Shown: positions 29,849 to 40,627 of the stretch, one piece after another
Layout of the letters: every line of letters starts with the position of its first letter
Position numbering within the stretch: position 1 is the first letter of the stretch
Source of the DNA: an uncultured Pseudomonadales bacterium
GTDB lineage: Bacteria; Patescibacteriota; Microgenomatia; UBA1400; PJMF01
NCBI GenBank assembly: GCA_964457085.1
Contig: CAYWDM010000002.1
Span: forward strand, 203,418 to 267,417
DNA length: 64,000 nt
Reading direction: 5' to 3'
Notes under the pieces: model-generated
The model's input: only the letters and a program-made list of their open reading frames with translations
Database searches by the model: none
What the model was told of the DNA's origin: nothing
Made by a program: the position numbers and the translations under genes

Positions 29849-31039
29849 ATGTTGGCACATTTTTCTAGAATTTACCGATTAATTTGTGATTTTTTCACAA
29901 CTGAAAGACGCTATATTTTAGGGCTGTTTATAGTGTCGAGACTCTTTTTCTTTGTGAGTGCATATATCTTGCCACAGTTTGTGATGAAGGGACCTTTTCC
30001 TGAGCAAATATATGACGGAAATGGCATTTTTGATTATTTTATTTTTTGGGATGCAAATTGGTATCAGGTAATTGCAAAGCAAGGTTACTCATTGGTAATT
30101 GGTGGCCAATCAGCCACTGCTTTCTTTCCCTTTTATCCATTACTTACCCGATTAGCTAGCTATATTTTTGTCGATTATAATTTTTCACAGATACTGGTTT
30201 CAAATGTTTCCTTTTTGTTGGCAATGAATGTGTTGTACAAATTGGTGTTGGATGAAAGTAAAAATAGCACAACTGCACGCTTATCATTGATTTTTTTGAG
30301 TTTTAGTTATGGCACGCCTTGGTTGGCTACTGGATATAGTGAATCACTTTTTCTATGGCTAACAATCAGCTACTTTTACTACGCAAAAAAAGATAAAAAC
30401 ATATTGGCGTTTATTTTTGGATTTTTAACTGGCATAACCAGAGGTGGTGCAATATATAGTCTGCTTTTGATTGCAGTAATGTATTCAAAGAAAATGTTTA
30501 CTATCAGCACAAAAAAATTCTTGATGGTATTACTTGTTTCAATTGCTCCATTGATTGGTTTTGTTGCATATTTATTTTTTCTACAACTCGCAGTTGGGGA
30601 TTGGCGAGTTTATTTTCAGACGAACCAGTCTGGTTGGGGGGCAGTGTATACATTCTCACTTGAAGTGATTAAGCAAAAAATCCCGTTGATTGGGTATCAG
30701 TTGGTTACTGCTGATCCACATTTAAATTTTATTAACTGGTCTTGGTTAGGGATGAGTTTTTTTGCAGGACTGTCCATAGTTGTCTTGCTGTGGAAGAAAA
30801 CTGCACTTTGGTTGCCAGCATATATCCTTTGCTTTATTGGTTTTTTTCTGTTCACGCTTCAACGAGAGGGTCTAATGGACTCAATGGCCAGATACTCGAT
30901 TACTGTTTTCCCGATATACTATGCGTTGGGTATTGTCAGCACTCACAGTGAGTTGTTTAAAACTGTGCTGCTCTCACTATTTGTGATGGCTCAGTCGCTA
31001 ATAACAATTATGATTTTTACTGGATACATTGTTAACTAA
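29849..31039 (+). CDS. PIG-V-like mannosyltransferase (GT-C)
   Basis: WDANWY, AFFPFYP, YSESLF, ARY motifs; multi-TM. Confidence 0.85.
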   Translation: MLAHFSRIYRLICDFFTTERRYILGLFIVSRLFFFVSAYILPQFVMKGPFPEQIYDGNGIFDYFIFWDANWYQVIAKQGYSLVIGGQSATAFFPFYPLLTRLASYIFVDYNFSQILVSNVSFLLAMNVLYKLVLDESKNSTTARLSLIFLSFSYGTPWLATGYSESLFLWLTISYFYYAKKDKNILAFIFGFLTGITRGGAIYSLLLIAVMYSKKMFTISTKKFLMVLLVSIAPLIGFVAYLFFLQLAVGDWRVYFQTNQSGWGAVYTFSLEVIKQKIPLIGYQLVTADPHLNFINWSWLGMSFFAGLSIVVLLWKKTALWLPAYILCFIGFFLFTLQREGLMDSMARYSITVFPIYYALGIVSTHSELFKTVLLSLFVMAQSLITIMIFTGYIVN

Positions 31040-31048
31040 TTTTTTTAT

Positions 31049-31666
31049 ATGGCGATCACTTTTTATTTAGCTCGGCATGGAGAGTCATTTGGCAATATTG
31101 GTGGCGATATTACCGGATCAAATCCAGAGCTAACTCCACTTGGGTGGCGACAAGCTGACACATTGGCAAAGAAGTTTTCGCATATTCCGCTGACTGCTGT
31201 ATATGCCTCAACCTTAATACGTTCTCAACAGACGGCAATGGCAATAGCCTCCGCTAAGAATATTCCATTGCAAATAACTGCCGCTTTGAATGAACGACAC
31301 TTTGGGTCTTTAGAGGGCGTGTCTGGATTACAAGTGCAAGCACTTCACGGTGAGAAATATCGTGCATTTAGCAATGCACCACTTACTGAACAGTTGAATT
31401 GGAAGTTGGTTGCTGATGAAGAAACATTCGGAGAGGTCATTGGTCGGATGCTGGATTTTTTTGATGGTTTTGATGATGAACAGCCCAATCAACAAGTTTT
31501 GTTGGTGTCACATGCAAATGTATTAGTGCCTCTGTTGGTCCATCTTGGTTTTGCAACTTTTAGTGAGATACCAAAAGGCTCAGTTACCAATACAGGTTTT
31601 ATCAAAATAATTAAGGATGTGGCTGGAAATAGAATCGTAGGAGTAGATGGTATCTCCAAGGAGTAA
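31049..31666 (+). CDS. Histidine phosphatase (phosphoglycerate mutase family)
   Basis: LARHGES, RSQQTA, LNERHFG, VSH. Confidence 0.92.
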   Translation: MAITFYLARHGESFGNIGGDITGSNPELTPLGWRQADTLAKKFSHIPLTAVYASTLIRSQQTAMAIASAKNIPLQITAALNERHFGSLEGVSGLQVQALHGEKYRAFSNAPLTEQLNWKLVADEETFGEVIGRMLDFFDGFDDEQPNQQVLLVSHANVLVPLLVHLGFATFSEIPKGSVTNTGFIKIIKDVAGNRIVGVDGISKE

Positions 31667-31677
31667 GTTTTTGAAAA

Positions 31678-33093
31678 TTAGGGAGTAGCTGTTTCGGCGA
31701 TAATATCGTCGATTATCTTGTCTACAGAAACGGCACTGCTGGCCATTCCATCAAGATTCAGAGAAATTCGATGTTGCAAGGCGGGGCGAATGAAAGCTTG
31801 AATATCTTCTATTGAAACCGTGGTCCTATTATCCAGCAATGCACGTGCTTTCGCTCCACGTATGATGGCATGTTCACCACGTACTGAAGCTCCAATTTCG
31901 ACATATTTTTGTACTGAGGCAACTGTTGATTTTTTTGGGTGAGTGTTGATTAAAATTTTGCCAGCATATTCAATTAACTTTGATGAAACTGCGATGCTTT
32001 CAATAGTTTTTTGAATAGCTAGTACGTCTTTTACATTGGCTAGTTGTTGGTGTTTTTCATTGTTTTCTCCAACTAATGTTTGTCCAATTATTTGGTTTAA
32101 TACTGATAACTCTGGCAAGTCCAAATGTACTATGAAACCAAATCTGTCCAATTGAGCTTCAGGTAAGGGATATGTCCCAACACTACCATGATTGTTTTGA
32201 GTAGCAATTACGAAAAAAGGCCTGGGTAGGGAGCGCATCCTACCATTTGTTACTTGCCTCTCTTCCATTGCTTCGAGTAGTGCAGCTTGTGTTTTAGGAG
32301 TGGCTCGATTAATCTCGTCAACTAATACGATATTTGCAAATATTGGTCCTTTTTTAAACTCATCGGCATTTTTAGTGCCAGCAGCTCCATGCATTGAAAA
32401 ACCGAGTATGTCTGTGGCCATTAGATCTGGGGTACATTGTATGCGAGTAGATTTTAAGCCTAATATTTTTCCTAATGATTTAGCTAGTTTTGTCTTACCC
32501 AGTCCTGAATTACTCTCTAGAAGTACGTGCCCTCCAGTAAATAAGGCGATGAGAACTAAACGTACTGCCTCCTCCTGACCGATTAGTATTTCATTCAATT
32601 TCTTTTCGACAGTTGCTATTTTTTGAGTTGCTTCTTTGTAGTTAAGCGGTGCCTCATTATTTGACCCAGTTTCCCACTCTTTAAATAAATCAAGGTATGA
32701 TTGCAAAAGCGAAAGTAACTGAGTTAGTTTATCTACAACCTCTGAAGTATCTTCTGTTTTTTTAGGAAATGTGGATTCCAGTTTTCCATCAAAGACTTCT
32801 GCTAACTCAGCAGTATTAATAAGCTCATCAATCTTGTCGATAGCTGTATGAATTATTTTTTCATATAACGCTATTTTTCTTTTGTCTCGTGCAACTTCAA
32901 TGTTACCAATACCTTTGGTTGCATCTTCATACAGATGCAGTGCTGACGCAAAGGTACCACCATCATTGGTGAATAGTTTTTCCTCAAGTACTTCAATCAG
33001 GTTCATAACACTTTGTGCACCTTCAACTTGCAAAGAGTTTATATCTATTGCAGCCTCAATTTGCTGTATTTGCTGTTCTACCTCTGGTCTCAT
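31678..33093 (-). CDS. MoxR family AAA+ ATPase with helical N-terminal extension
   Basis: GHVLLESNSGLGKT, RIQCTPDL, DEINRATPKTQAALLEAMEE, GTYPLPEAQLDRF. Confidence 0.92.
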   Translation of the reverse strand: MRPEVEQQIQQIEAAIDINSLQVEGAQSVMNLIEVLEEKLFTNDGGTFASALHLYEDATKGIGNIEVARDKRKIALYEKIIHTAIDKIDELINTAELAEVFDGKLESTFPKKTEDTSEVVDKLTQLLSLLQSYLDLFKEWETGSNNEAPLNYKEATQKIATVEKKLNEILIGQEEAVRLVLIALFTGGHVLLESNSGLGKTKLAKSLGKILGLKSTRIQCTPDLMATDILGFSMHGAAGTKNADEFKKGPIFANIVLVDEINRATPKTQAALLEAMEERQVTNGRMRSLPRPFFVIATQNNHGSVGTYPLPEAQLDRFGFIVHLDLPELSVLNQIIGQTLVGENNEKHQQLANVKDVLAIQKTIESIAVSSKLIEYAGKILINTHPKKSTVASVQKYVEIGASVRGEHAIIRGAKARALLDNRTTVSIEDIQAFIRPALQHRISLNLDGMASSAVSVDKIIDDIIAETATP

Positions 33094-33192
33094 ATACAGT
33101 ATCATCGTAGCATTTTAAAAATTGAAAAACTACCAATAATCGACAGCAAGTGGTGGTTTGATTGGGATAATCTAGCTATACTGTTGATGATA

Positions 33193-36100
33193 ATGACCGA
33201 AAAAATTAGTATATTTGTTGGCAATAAACTGGCCGAGTTGGGTCTAAAACCACCTAGTTTAACTGATGGATTACTACTTGCTGATGATCCCATCCTGCAT
33301 CGTCATGTCAAACAGCGGATTCGACATAGGTTGGAAGAGAGCGGACAACCACTAAGATCATCGGAAGTTGATGCTGTATTGTCTAATGAAACCTCCATTT
33401 ACTTGATCGAAGAGGTCGAGTTGGAGAGTGTTGACTTTCTAATTGCAAGTGAAAAACTACACAAGCCAGTTTTTGAAAAGATACTGAGGAACATAGCACA
33501 TTTAGACTTTAGAAGTTTTGCGAGTGCACAACAGAGTGAAATCTCTCTTTATGATCCAGAGGTGATTACACCTCAAGTTTCTTGGGCGGTGGAACAAATT
33601 TTTCAAAATTTACCTGGTTTCTTTGAGTCGTTTGAAATAATGATGCAGCATGATCAGGCTTTTGAAGAAGAGCAAACCGATATTGTTCGCAATATCTTCA
33701 TTATTGGATATCTGCATGGCTTTTTAAGCGAGGAAAATCAGAATTTAACCACAGCCAAAGTATTTTTAGCTCATGCTATTAGAAAAAGTAACTCTGACGA
33801 AGAAAAACTAAAGCCATATCCTGCTTTCTTAAGGAGAATAGTGGATAAAGATGAATCAGCTCAGGTTTCACCAAGACTTGAACATCTAAAAAATCATTGG
33901 CTACAGCAACTTGCTCGTCGTTGGTTGTTGTTGTCCAGAACAGATGAAGCTTCAGCTGACACCTTAAGTCAATCGACCAGACAACAGTTGGATGAGCATT
34001 TACCAAAAGACAGAAGACCCGCTGAGAATAGTGCTGTTGCGAGAAAAATGGATTCATTGAATAAAACGAGAACAACATTTCAAGGTGAAGTTGGTAGCTC
34101 CAACGGAAATGCTGATCAGGGATTTAATGAGAGTGCACAAATTAGAGAAGAACTGCAACTTACGGTTGATGTTGCCCAACAGCAACAGTCGACAATTATG
34201 CACATGAGAGATATCTTGCGTCTCTATCAGGGAAATAACCAAGAAGTTTTTCATAATGGTCATCAAAATACAGAAAAATGGTTGCCATTTAAAGTTGCTG
34301 CAGAACCCATTTTGCAAAAGTTAGTTTTAGGTTTTGGTTTGCTTAACGATTCAAAAAATGATGATGCCAGATTTGATTCTGCCGTGGACACAATTGTTAA
34401 ATCAATGATTCAGAGTTTAGCAAATTCTGGTGATGCCCAACACATCAGAGGGATGTTTGGGGCAGATTTTTTTAATTTGGCTCAAGTTGAACAGCTTTGC
34501 TTACTGTCATTTACAGCTCTTTCTTTTATCAATAGGGAGACCAGTACATCTAAGTTGGCAATTCAAATTTTAGATAGAACGGTTATTCCTCGTCTCAATC
34601 AGTATTTCGATTTAGATCGTTACAAAGAGCTATCAACCGAAAATGTACCAGCCTTCAATTTTTCTACTTATGATCAGCGAGTATATGAAGATAAATCTCA
34701 GCACGCAAAATCAGTACTTGGAGATCTGCAGCCAGCTGATGAATTAGTGGGTGTTGATAGTGCTGTTTTTCGGCAGTTGCTTGAAAGAAATAAACAACAA
34801 TTATCAGGTGTCTCCAAGATTTATTCTTTATTTGCTTCACTAACCAGTGAAAACTGGGGAGAACATACGAAGCCGCATACAATAATCTTAGGCGAGATTT
34901 TTGTGATGACGGCTTTTATTTCTGGTCATCTCAACTTTAATTTATCTGAGAGTTTATTAACTGAATCATTAAAAACAATTTTCTCTGAAGACCCATATCT
35001 CTTTTTATTGAAAATAGCCCCAATACCACTAACACTGGCAAGTGGAGCTCTATTGATGGGTGATAAGGCTAGGAAAGACTTTAAGAAATTATTATTATCT
35101 TCTTCAGAATTAAAAAAAGATCTAAAGAAATTTTCTAAAGGTGGATGGAGGCAGATTGCGATGATGCTCATGTTAAGCACATATGCTTTGAGTTCAACCT
35201 TTCCTTTATGGCAAAACCAAGCTGATGAACTGTGGGATTCTGCCAAGGATCGTTGGGAAGAGCTGTTCGATGATGATGAGGTAGTAGAAGGAGAAGATTC
35301 TACTGATGGTATGAGAAATTTTTGGGAGGATAGAAATCCTGAGGCAGTTGATGCCAATGATTTGCTGGACATAGAGAAAGTTGACTGGGGAGAAATTGCA
35401 ATTGAAGAAGACGTGTATGGTAAAGATCCTAATGCCCCAATAGGTTTTATAAACACTTATGTTGTTTCTCCTATAGTAGCTGAGTCTGAGGATCAACAAT
35501 ATAACACTGAGTCAAACATGACTGATTTTGACGCCTTATCTAATGCAGACGATATTATCGTAAATGCGAGTGGCTATGTAATTAGAAATGACGAGATTGA
35601 ATTTACACTTGCAAATGGCGATACCTACATTCAACCTGCTGCAGGTGCAGATTTTGTTGTTAAAAATGGCATAGTTAATGGTCATAATTGGTTTGCAAGA
35701 TTCTTAGAAACAGGCAAATATCTTGACAAAATTATTGTTGTGTCAAAACCTGACAGCCCGAATAATTTTTTCTCCAATGGAGAATTGTTTAATAGATATG
35801 ATTATCCTGACCGATATGTAGCTTCTCTTACTGAGAGTCATGATGAATATTTTGTGGTATATAAAACAAATCCAGATGCTGCAAACGAATTGAATCGATA
35901 TAAGTTGCGACTTGATGAAAATTTAGTCTTTTGGCAAACTCATGCTGCAGATCGAGAAATTGCCCTGACAGTTTTAGAAAAAGAGAATCCAGCAGCAGCA
36001 GCTCTTTATGCACAAATGTTAGCAGAACAGAACCTATTCTGGGCAAATTATGATCCTCAGAATAATCATGAAATTGACTATCTTAAAATGATTGATAAAC

Positions 36101-37389
36101 AGATAACTGCGTATACTCTTTTTGTAAAAACTAACCATGTATACAGTCTTAAATACAAGCCAAAAACGAATTATGCAGAGAAGTATCCTGATGTCGGCGT
36201 TATGCTCGATGTGATGGCACTTAAAAAAGGTGGCTATTATTGTTTAACTGCACATTTGGCTGCACAGGAATGGTTTCTTTCTCTAGGAGTTCCGATGGAT
36301 GGTTTGTATGGATATCATATATATGATGATGCAGGCATGGCTAGATCACGCATTGGTCATGTTCAGACTGGTATTTATGGAGCAGTTCATGATTTTACTC
36401 CTTCCACTCCAAATCCTGGAGAAGATTTACGAGCATTAGATTTCAATAAAAATACTGCTGTGAGTGGACAATTAGATACTCAGGCTGTTGAGCAACCCAC
36501 TATTGTCGATTTATTACAAAAATTTGCAAACGTTGATAATTTATCACTACTTATTCTTTTGTTATCGACAGTGGGAGTTGGATATTCCATTAAATTGGGA
36601 ATACAACAAGCAATGGGTAAAACCACCAAAGATGACTTTGATACAGTAGAACAAGTTAAAAATATTTTGCCCGATACTGAACTTGCATTGAGAGGTTTAA
36701 CCTCGGCATTACTGCAATTATTAAATTTGATTGCAGAAGTTGATCCATCATTTCCAGATAGTGAGGATGGCAGTAAAGACCGAAGGCAGATACTTTCGCA
36801 AATTGTTACGGAGAGTTTGATTTTGGCAACCAAACCCTCAAACACGCAAGCTGAAATATCTAGCAGCATGTCAATGAATCCCGAGGTACTTGCATTGCTG
36901 CAGTTAGTGGGATTAGGTAATGGTACATTGAGTGAGAATGCTCGAGAGCAAGTGGAAAGTTTATGGCAAAAACTCAATAGCAATCAAAGACAGACGAAAC
37001 AGCTACTACAAGAAGTTCTTGGATTACTGGATAGCATATCAACCAACTTCGGAAAAGCATCAGAGATCAAAAGGAAACTGGTGGGTAAGTCAGTGAGAAA
37101 ATTACAAAAGCAACTGATGAGAACGAGAAAAAAAGAAAATAGAATATATGGCATGTATGGTGCATTTTTAGAAAAATCACACTTGGCAAAAGATGAGAAA
37201 ATCAATGAACTTAGAAAATCAATTACTGCAGATTATTTAGCCATTCATCATCAATTAGAGCAACAAAGTAATGAGTTACAACAACTAAACACGCAAGCAA
37301 AACTATTACCTACAAATGTAAAAAGTCTCAAAAAAGTTTTGAGGTTTATGCTTAACCATAGTACAGCACACGACATAGCTCATGAATAA
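33193..37389 (+). CDS. Large membrane protein with transglutaminase-like domain
   Basis: About 1400 aa, several TM; GYYC(36241)...GH(36358)...HDFTP(36391) resembles a Cys-His-Asp triad. Start moved to ATG 33193, after TATACT, to avoid overlap with MoxR. Confidence 0.6.
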   Translation: MTEKISIFVGNKLAELGLKPPSLTDGLLLADDPILHRHVKQRIRHRLEESGQPLRSSEVDAVLSNETSIYLIEEVELESVDFLIASEKLHKPVFEKILRNIAHLDFRSFASAQQSEISLYDPEVITPQVSWAVEQIFQNLPGFFESFEIMMQHDQAFEEEQTDIVRNIFIIGYLHGFLSEENQNLTTAKVFLAHAIRKSNSDEEKLKPYPAFLRRIVDKDESAQVSPRLEHLKNHWLQQLARRWLLLSRTDEASADTLSQSTRQQLDEHLPKDRRPAENSAVARKMDSLNKTRTTFQGEVGSSNGNADQGFNESAQIREELQLTVDVAQQQQSTIMHMRDILRLYQGNNQEVFHNGHQNTEKWLPFKVAAEPILQKLVLGFGLLNDSKNDDARFDSAVDTIVKSMIQSLANSGDAQHIRGMFGADFFNLAQVEQLCLLSFTALSFINRETSTSKLAIQILDRTVIPRLNQYFDLDRYKELSTENVPAFNFSTYDQRVYEDKSQHAKSVLGDLQPADELVGVDSAVFRQLLERNKQQLSGVSKIYSLFASLTSENWGEHTKPHTIILGEIFVMTAFISGHLNFNLSESLLTESLKTIFSEDPYLFLLKIAPIPLTLASGALLMGDKARKDFKKLLLSSSELKKDLKKFSKGGWRQIAMMLMLSTYALSSTFPLWQNQADELWDSAKDRWEELFDDDEVVEGEDSTDGMRNFWEDRNPEAVDANDLLDIEKVDWGEIAIEEDVYGKDPNAPIGFINTYVVSPIVAESEDQQYNTESNMTDFDALSNADDIIVNASGYVIRNDEIEFTLANGDTYIQPAAGADFVVKNGIVNGHNWFARFLETGKYLDKIIVVSKPDSPNNFFSNGELFNRYDYPDRYVASLTESHDEYFVVYKTNPDAANELNRYKLRLDENLVFWQTHAADREIALTVLEKENPAAAALYAQMLAEQNLFWANYDPQNNHEIDYLKMIDKQITAYTLFVKTNHVYSLKYKPKTNYAEKYPDVGVMLDVMALKKGGYYCLTAHLAAQEWFLSLGVPMDGLYGYHIYDDAGMARSRIGHVQTGIYGAVHDFTPSTPNPGEDLRALDFNKNTAVSGQLDTQAVEQPTIVDLLQKFANVDNLSLLILLLSTVGVGYSIKLGIQQAMGKTTKDDFDTVEQVKNILPDTELALRGLTSALLQLLNLIAEVDPSFPDSEDGSKDRRQILSQIVTESLILATKPSNTQAEISSSMSMNPEVLALLQLVGLGNGTLSENAREQVESLWQKLNSNQRQTKQLLQEVLGLLDSISTNFGKASEIKRKLVGKSVRKLQKQLMRTRKKENRIYGMYGAFLEKSHLAKDEKINELRKSITADYLAIHHQLEQQSNELQQLNTQAKLLPTNVKSLKKVLRFMLNHSTAHDIAHE

Positions 37390-40300
37390 TCAGGAATTTT
37401 TATCAGTTGAACCAGAAGGTAAGCAAATAGATACTGCAGTGGATGCAGCAGCCTCTGAGTCTGATATGTTGGAGCTTAAAATTGCTGAAATTTTGGGTCA
37501 ATCCTCTGTAGATTTTATTGAAAAGACTGTTTCTGAACATTTGGGAGATGGTTATGAAAGCAATGACTTAGGACTTGTTGAAAAAATTAATTTAATTTTA
37601 ATCTTAGCTTCAAAAAAGAAAATAGTTGTCTCATCTGGATTACTACGAGCTGTAAAGAGTGTCACTACTATTTTGCCGAATGGTCAAATTGATATCGAGT
37701 ATCTAATCCATCTAAAAGGTGAAAAAAGAAAACACTTATTTCAAGTTATAAGTTCATTGATTCTATTGCTTGGATTAAGTTTCGGTGTCGGAAATGAATT
37801 AGTTGGTCGGATTCAAAATACGGAGAATCGAAATAAAGTTGAGTTGTCAGCAAGTGCGGTTGATGATGAGAATGCTAAGGCATTGGAGTCACGAACTAAA
37901 TTTGAAAGACAATTTAGTAGTGATCTGGAGACTGTAGTGGCAGAGATGGGATGGCAAGACTTCTTAGGTGAATATACCAAAGAAAATAATGAGAGTGTGT
38001 GGTCATCAGAGGAGGTTTTCCAGTTGTTGCGCACACAAGAGCCACGGTATTGGGGTTATTACATCATCGCTTATCCAAATACTTTTGTCGAAGCTGTTGA
38101 TACTTCACAAGTATCACAAGTTGAGTTTATGAGTTCGTGTGGTGATGTCCGCTTTTTCAGTTATTTACAGACTCAGATGGGTGGTGACGTTACTTGGCTT
38201 GATTTGTGGAGTGCTGATGAATTGTTCGAAACACTTAGAATGACAAACCCAAATTGGGGAAAAATAGTGGCAAATAATCAGGTGTTATTTGTTGGTGTTT
38301 TGGATAGAGAAGATTTGACACCACTGGTTCACATGCTAGCTCCTACTGCTAATTCTGCAGATATGCACTATTTCTTGAGAGATTACGAAAACGACTGGGA
38401 TCAGACATGGTCAAGGCGAGAACTTTTAGATGCAATGAAGGCAGACGGTAGTGTCAGCTGGGGGTTCTATGTAAAGCGCTACATGCACCTTTTTGCGAGC
38501 GACATAACCGAAGAAGAATTGTCGGAAGTTATAGAGGATATTTCATTTAGCAGTTCAGGTCTTTACCCTAGCACAAATGACTTAGCATTTTTTTCTGACT
38601 ACTATAAATTGCAGCTTTATGAGGTCGTTGATCCTGCAGCATTTGTACGACTTATTGAAACACATTTTAGCAAAGAAATTGCAGCTCAAATTCTTGCTAA
38701 TTATCCAGAGTTAAATCAATTAGAGCAAAGTAACATTGAGCGATTATTTGAAACTGAAGCAATTAATTATGTATTAGATAACTATGCTCAGTGGGAGTCT
38801 GTATATCCAATAGTAGATATCATGACCTTTTTACGGGACAGTGACCAGAAATATCATTACGCTTTAATTGTGCCGCATCCAGAGTTGTTTCAAGAAATAT
38901 CATTCACTGATGATGAGGTTGTCTTACTTGCTTTTCGAAACAATTTTATGGAAACAACTGGTGAAAAAAAGAAATTTTTTCACAACTATCAGGGACAATT
39001 TGGCTGGGAAAATCAAATTCCTGTGGAGAGAATGCTGAAACTTGGAAGAAGTAAACCAGGTGACGGTATGTATACTGCCGCTCTTTATTTTCCAGAAATA
39101 TTTTTACCTCATTTCACGGATGAGGATATGTATCAATTAGTGCTTTCAAATTCTATTGATTTAGAAGAAGTGGATGTTTTACATTCCACAAATCCAATCT
39201 GGAAACCTTTTACCACTGTAGAGCGTAGGCACACGATGCTTGAATTAGCAAAAAATGATACTGAGCAAGATTGGGAAGAGTTGGTGGCTTCTAGATTCTA
39301 TTTTTTTGAGGATATTTTGACTTTTGATGAAGCAAAAGATATTTTGAGTAAGTATCACTCTAGTACCATTAGAAATAGTCCGCTTTGGCAGAACAACGTA
39401 ACTCCTGAGTGGGAATATTCTTTTTTCAAAGAATCAAATGAAGATATTTTTATTCATTTAATTGCCAATGATCCTGTCTATTTTAGTGAGCAACTTACAG
39501 AAGGTGATAAGTTGTTGGTGTTAAAAAATAAACCAGAGGTAATATTAGATAATTATCTTTTTTGGCAAAAGTTTTTTTCACCAGAATTTATCTTAGACTA
39601 TTTTTACAGTGGTCAGAGTGCGGAGAATTATGGTTATTTTGTTTTAAGAAACAAACACATATTTGGGCATGTTTTTTATAACAGTGGATATGATTTAAAA
39701 AACTCAATTATGCATGGTGGATTAGATACCCTGTTTGATACTAACTATGATACCGACCAATATTACTATGAGGAGTGGTCCGAGTTCGTAAGCATTGAAG
39801 AATTGTTTTACATACTGGAAGGATTTGAAGATGGCAGAGTGAAGATACTTACCAGACCAAACTTATTCTTTGAATTTGTTGAGTTTTCTGACCTAAACCA
39901 GTTTGTGCAAACTGAACATTGCATTTCAGCATTACTAGGTAGCTATGACGATTGGCAGGAGTTATGGAGCTTTGCAGATATCTATGAGGCTGTTAAGGCT
40001 ACTGATCCAAGTTATTCGGCATTCGAACTATTTAGCAGTGATTATGCCGAAGATTTTATTAAATTGACTAGCCATGATGATTTACAATTTTTGATCAGGT
40101 CATATCCTGATGACCTCTCGTATATATTTGGGAGTAACTTGGAAATACTCTTGAAAAAATGGACTGCTGAAGAAATATTAACGGCTCTAAAACAAGAACA
40201 TCCAGATACCTGGGGTGCATTCGTAACGGATGGAATTGTACATTTTGATGCGTTATTATCGCAAAGTGATTTAGAATCGCTGATCGCTCATGGGGCAAAT

Positions 40301-40594
40301 CCGGCTGGATTAATGGAGACTGGTTTGTGGGAGGTAGACGAAGTCTTTGATGTCTATAAAAATAATTTCCCTGAAAAGTGGGGAGAAATTATTCTTACTA
40401 ATAGTGAAATTTTCATGGAGGAGGTTATTCGAAGAGACGTGTCATTACAACAGCTACTTGAGTTTACAGACATTACTATCGCATACGAATATACATACTA
40501 CTGGAGAGATGTCTGGTCAGAAATTGAGATTGAAGACGCTCTGCATGCAGTGTATGGAGATGCACTTCCAGTATATGATGAGGCAGCTGGTTAA
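37382..40594 (+). CDS. Large acidic single-TM protein with degenerate internal repeats
   Basis: 1070 aa, overlaps the upstream stop; recurring W-S-x-x-E...W-G units. Confidence 0.75.
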   Translation: MNNQEFLSVEPEGKQIDTAVDAAASESDMLELKIAEILGQSSVDFIEKTVSEHLGDGYESNDLGLVEKINLILILASKKKIVVSSGLLRAVKSVTTILPNGQIDIEYLIHLKGEKRKHLFQVISSLILLLGLSFGVGNELVGRIQNTENRNKVELSASAVDDENAKALESRTKFERQFSSDLETVVAEMGWQDFLGEYTKENNESVWSSEEVFQLLRTQEPRYWGYYIIAYPNTFVEAVDTSQVSQVEFMSSCGDVRFFSYLQTQMGGDVTWLDLWSADELFETLRMTNPNWGKIVANNQVLFVGVLDREDLTPLVHMLAPTANSADMHYFLRDYENDWDQTWSRRELLDAMKADGSVSWGFYVKRYMHLFASDITEEELSEVIEDISFSSSGLYPSTNDLAFFSDYYKLQLYEVVDPAAFVRLIETHFSKEIAAQILANYPELNQLEQSNIERLFETEAINYVLDNYAQWESVYPIVDIMTFLRDSDQKYHYALIVPHPELFQEISFTDDEVVLLAFRNNFMETTGEKKKFFHNYQGQFGWENQIPVERMLKLGRSKPGDGMYTAALYFPEIFLPHFTDEDMYQLVLSNSIDLEEVDVLHSTNPIWKPFTTVERRHTMLELAKNDTEQDWEELVASRFYFFEDILTFDEAKDILSKYHSSTIRNSPLWQNNVTPEWEYSFFKESNEDIFIHLIANDPVYFSEQLTEGDKLLVLKNKPEVILDNYLFWQKFFSPEFILDYFYSGQSAENYGYFVLRNKHIFGHVFYNSGYDLKNSIMHGGLDTLFDTNYDTDQYYYEEWSEFVSIEELFYILEGFEDGRVKILTRPNLFFEFVEFSDLNQFVQTEHCISALLGSYDDWQELWSFADIYEAVKATDPSYSAFELFSSDYAEDFIKLTSHDDLQFLIRSYPDDLSYIFGSNLEILLKKWTAEEILTALKQEHPDTWGAFVTDGIVHFDALLSQSDLESLIAHGANPAGLMETGLWEVDEVFDVYKNNFPEKWGEIILTNSEIFMEEVIRRDVSLQQLLEFTDITIAYEYTYYWRDVWSEIEIEDALHAVYGDALPVYDEAAG

Positions 40595-40627
40595 TTTTCT
40601 ATAAATAGAGTAAAAACGTCTCGGGGA

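Noticed and set aside
33013-33192. ORF-track N-terminus of the 1458-aa protein
   Set aside because: Overlaps the divergent MoxR start; ATG 33193 after TATACT is more plausible
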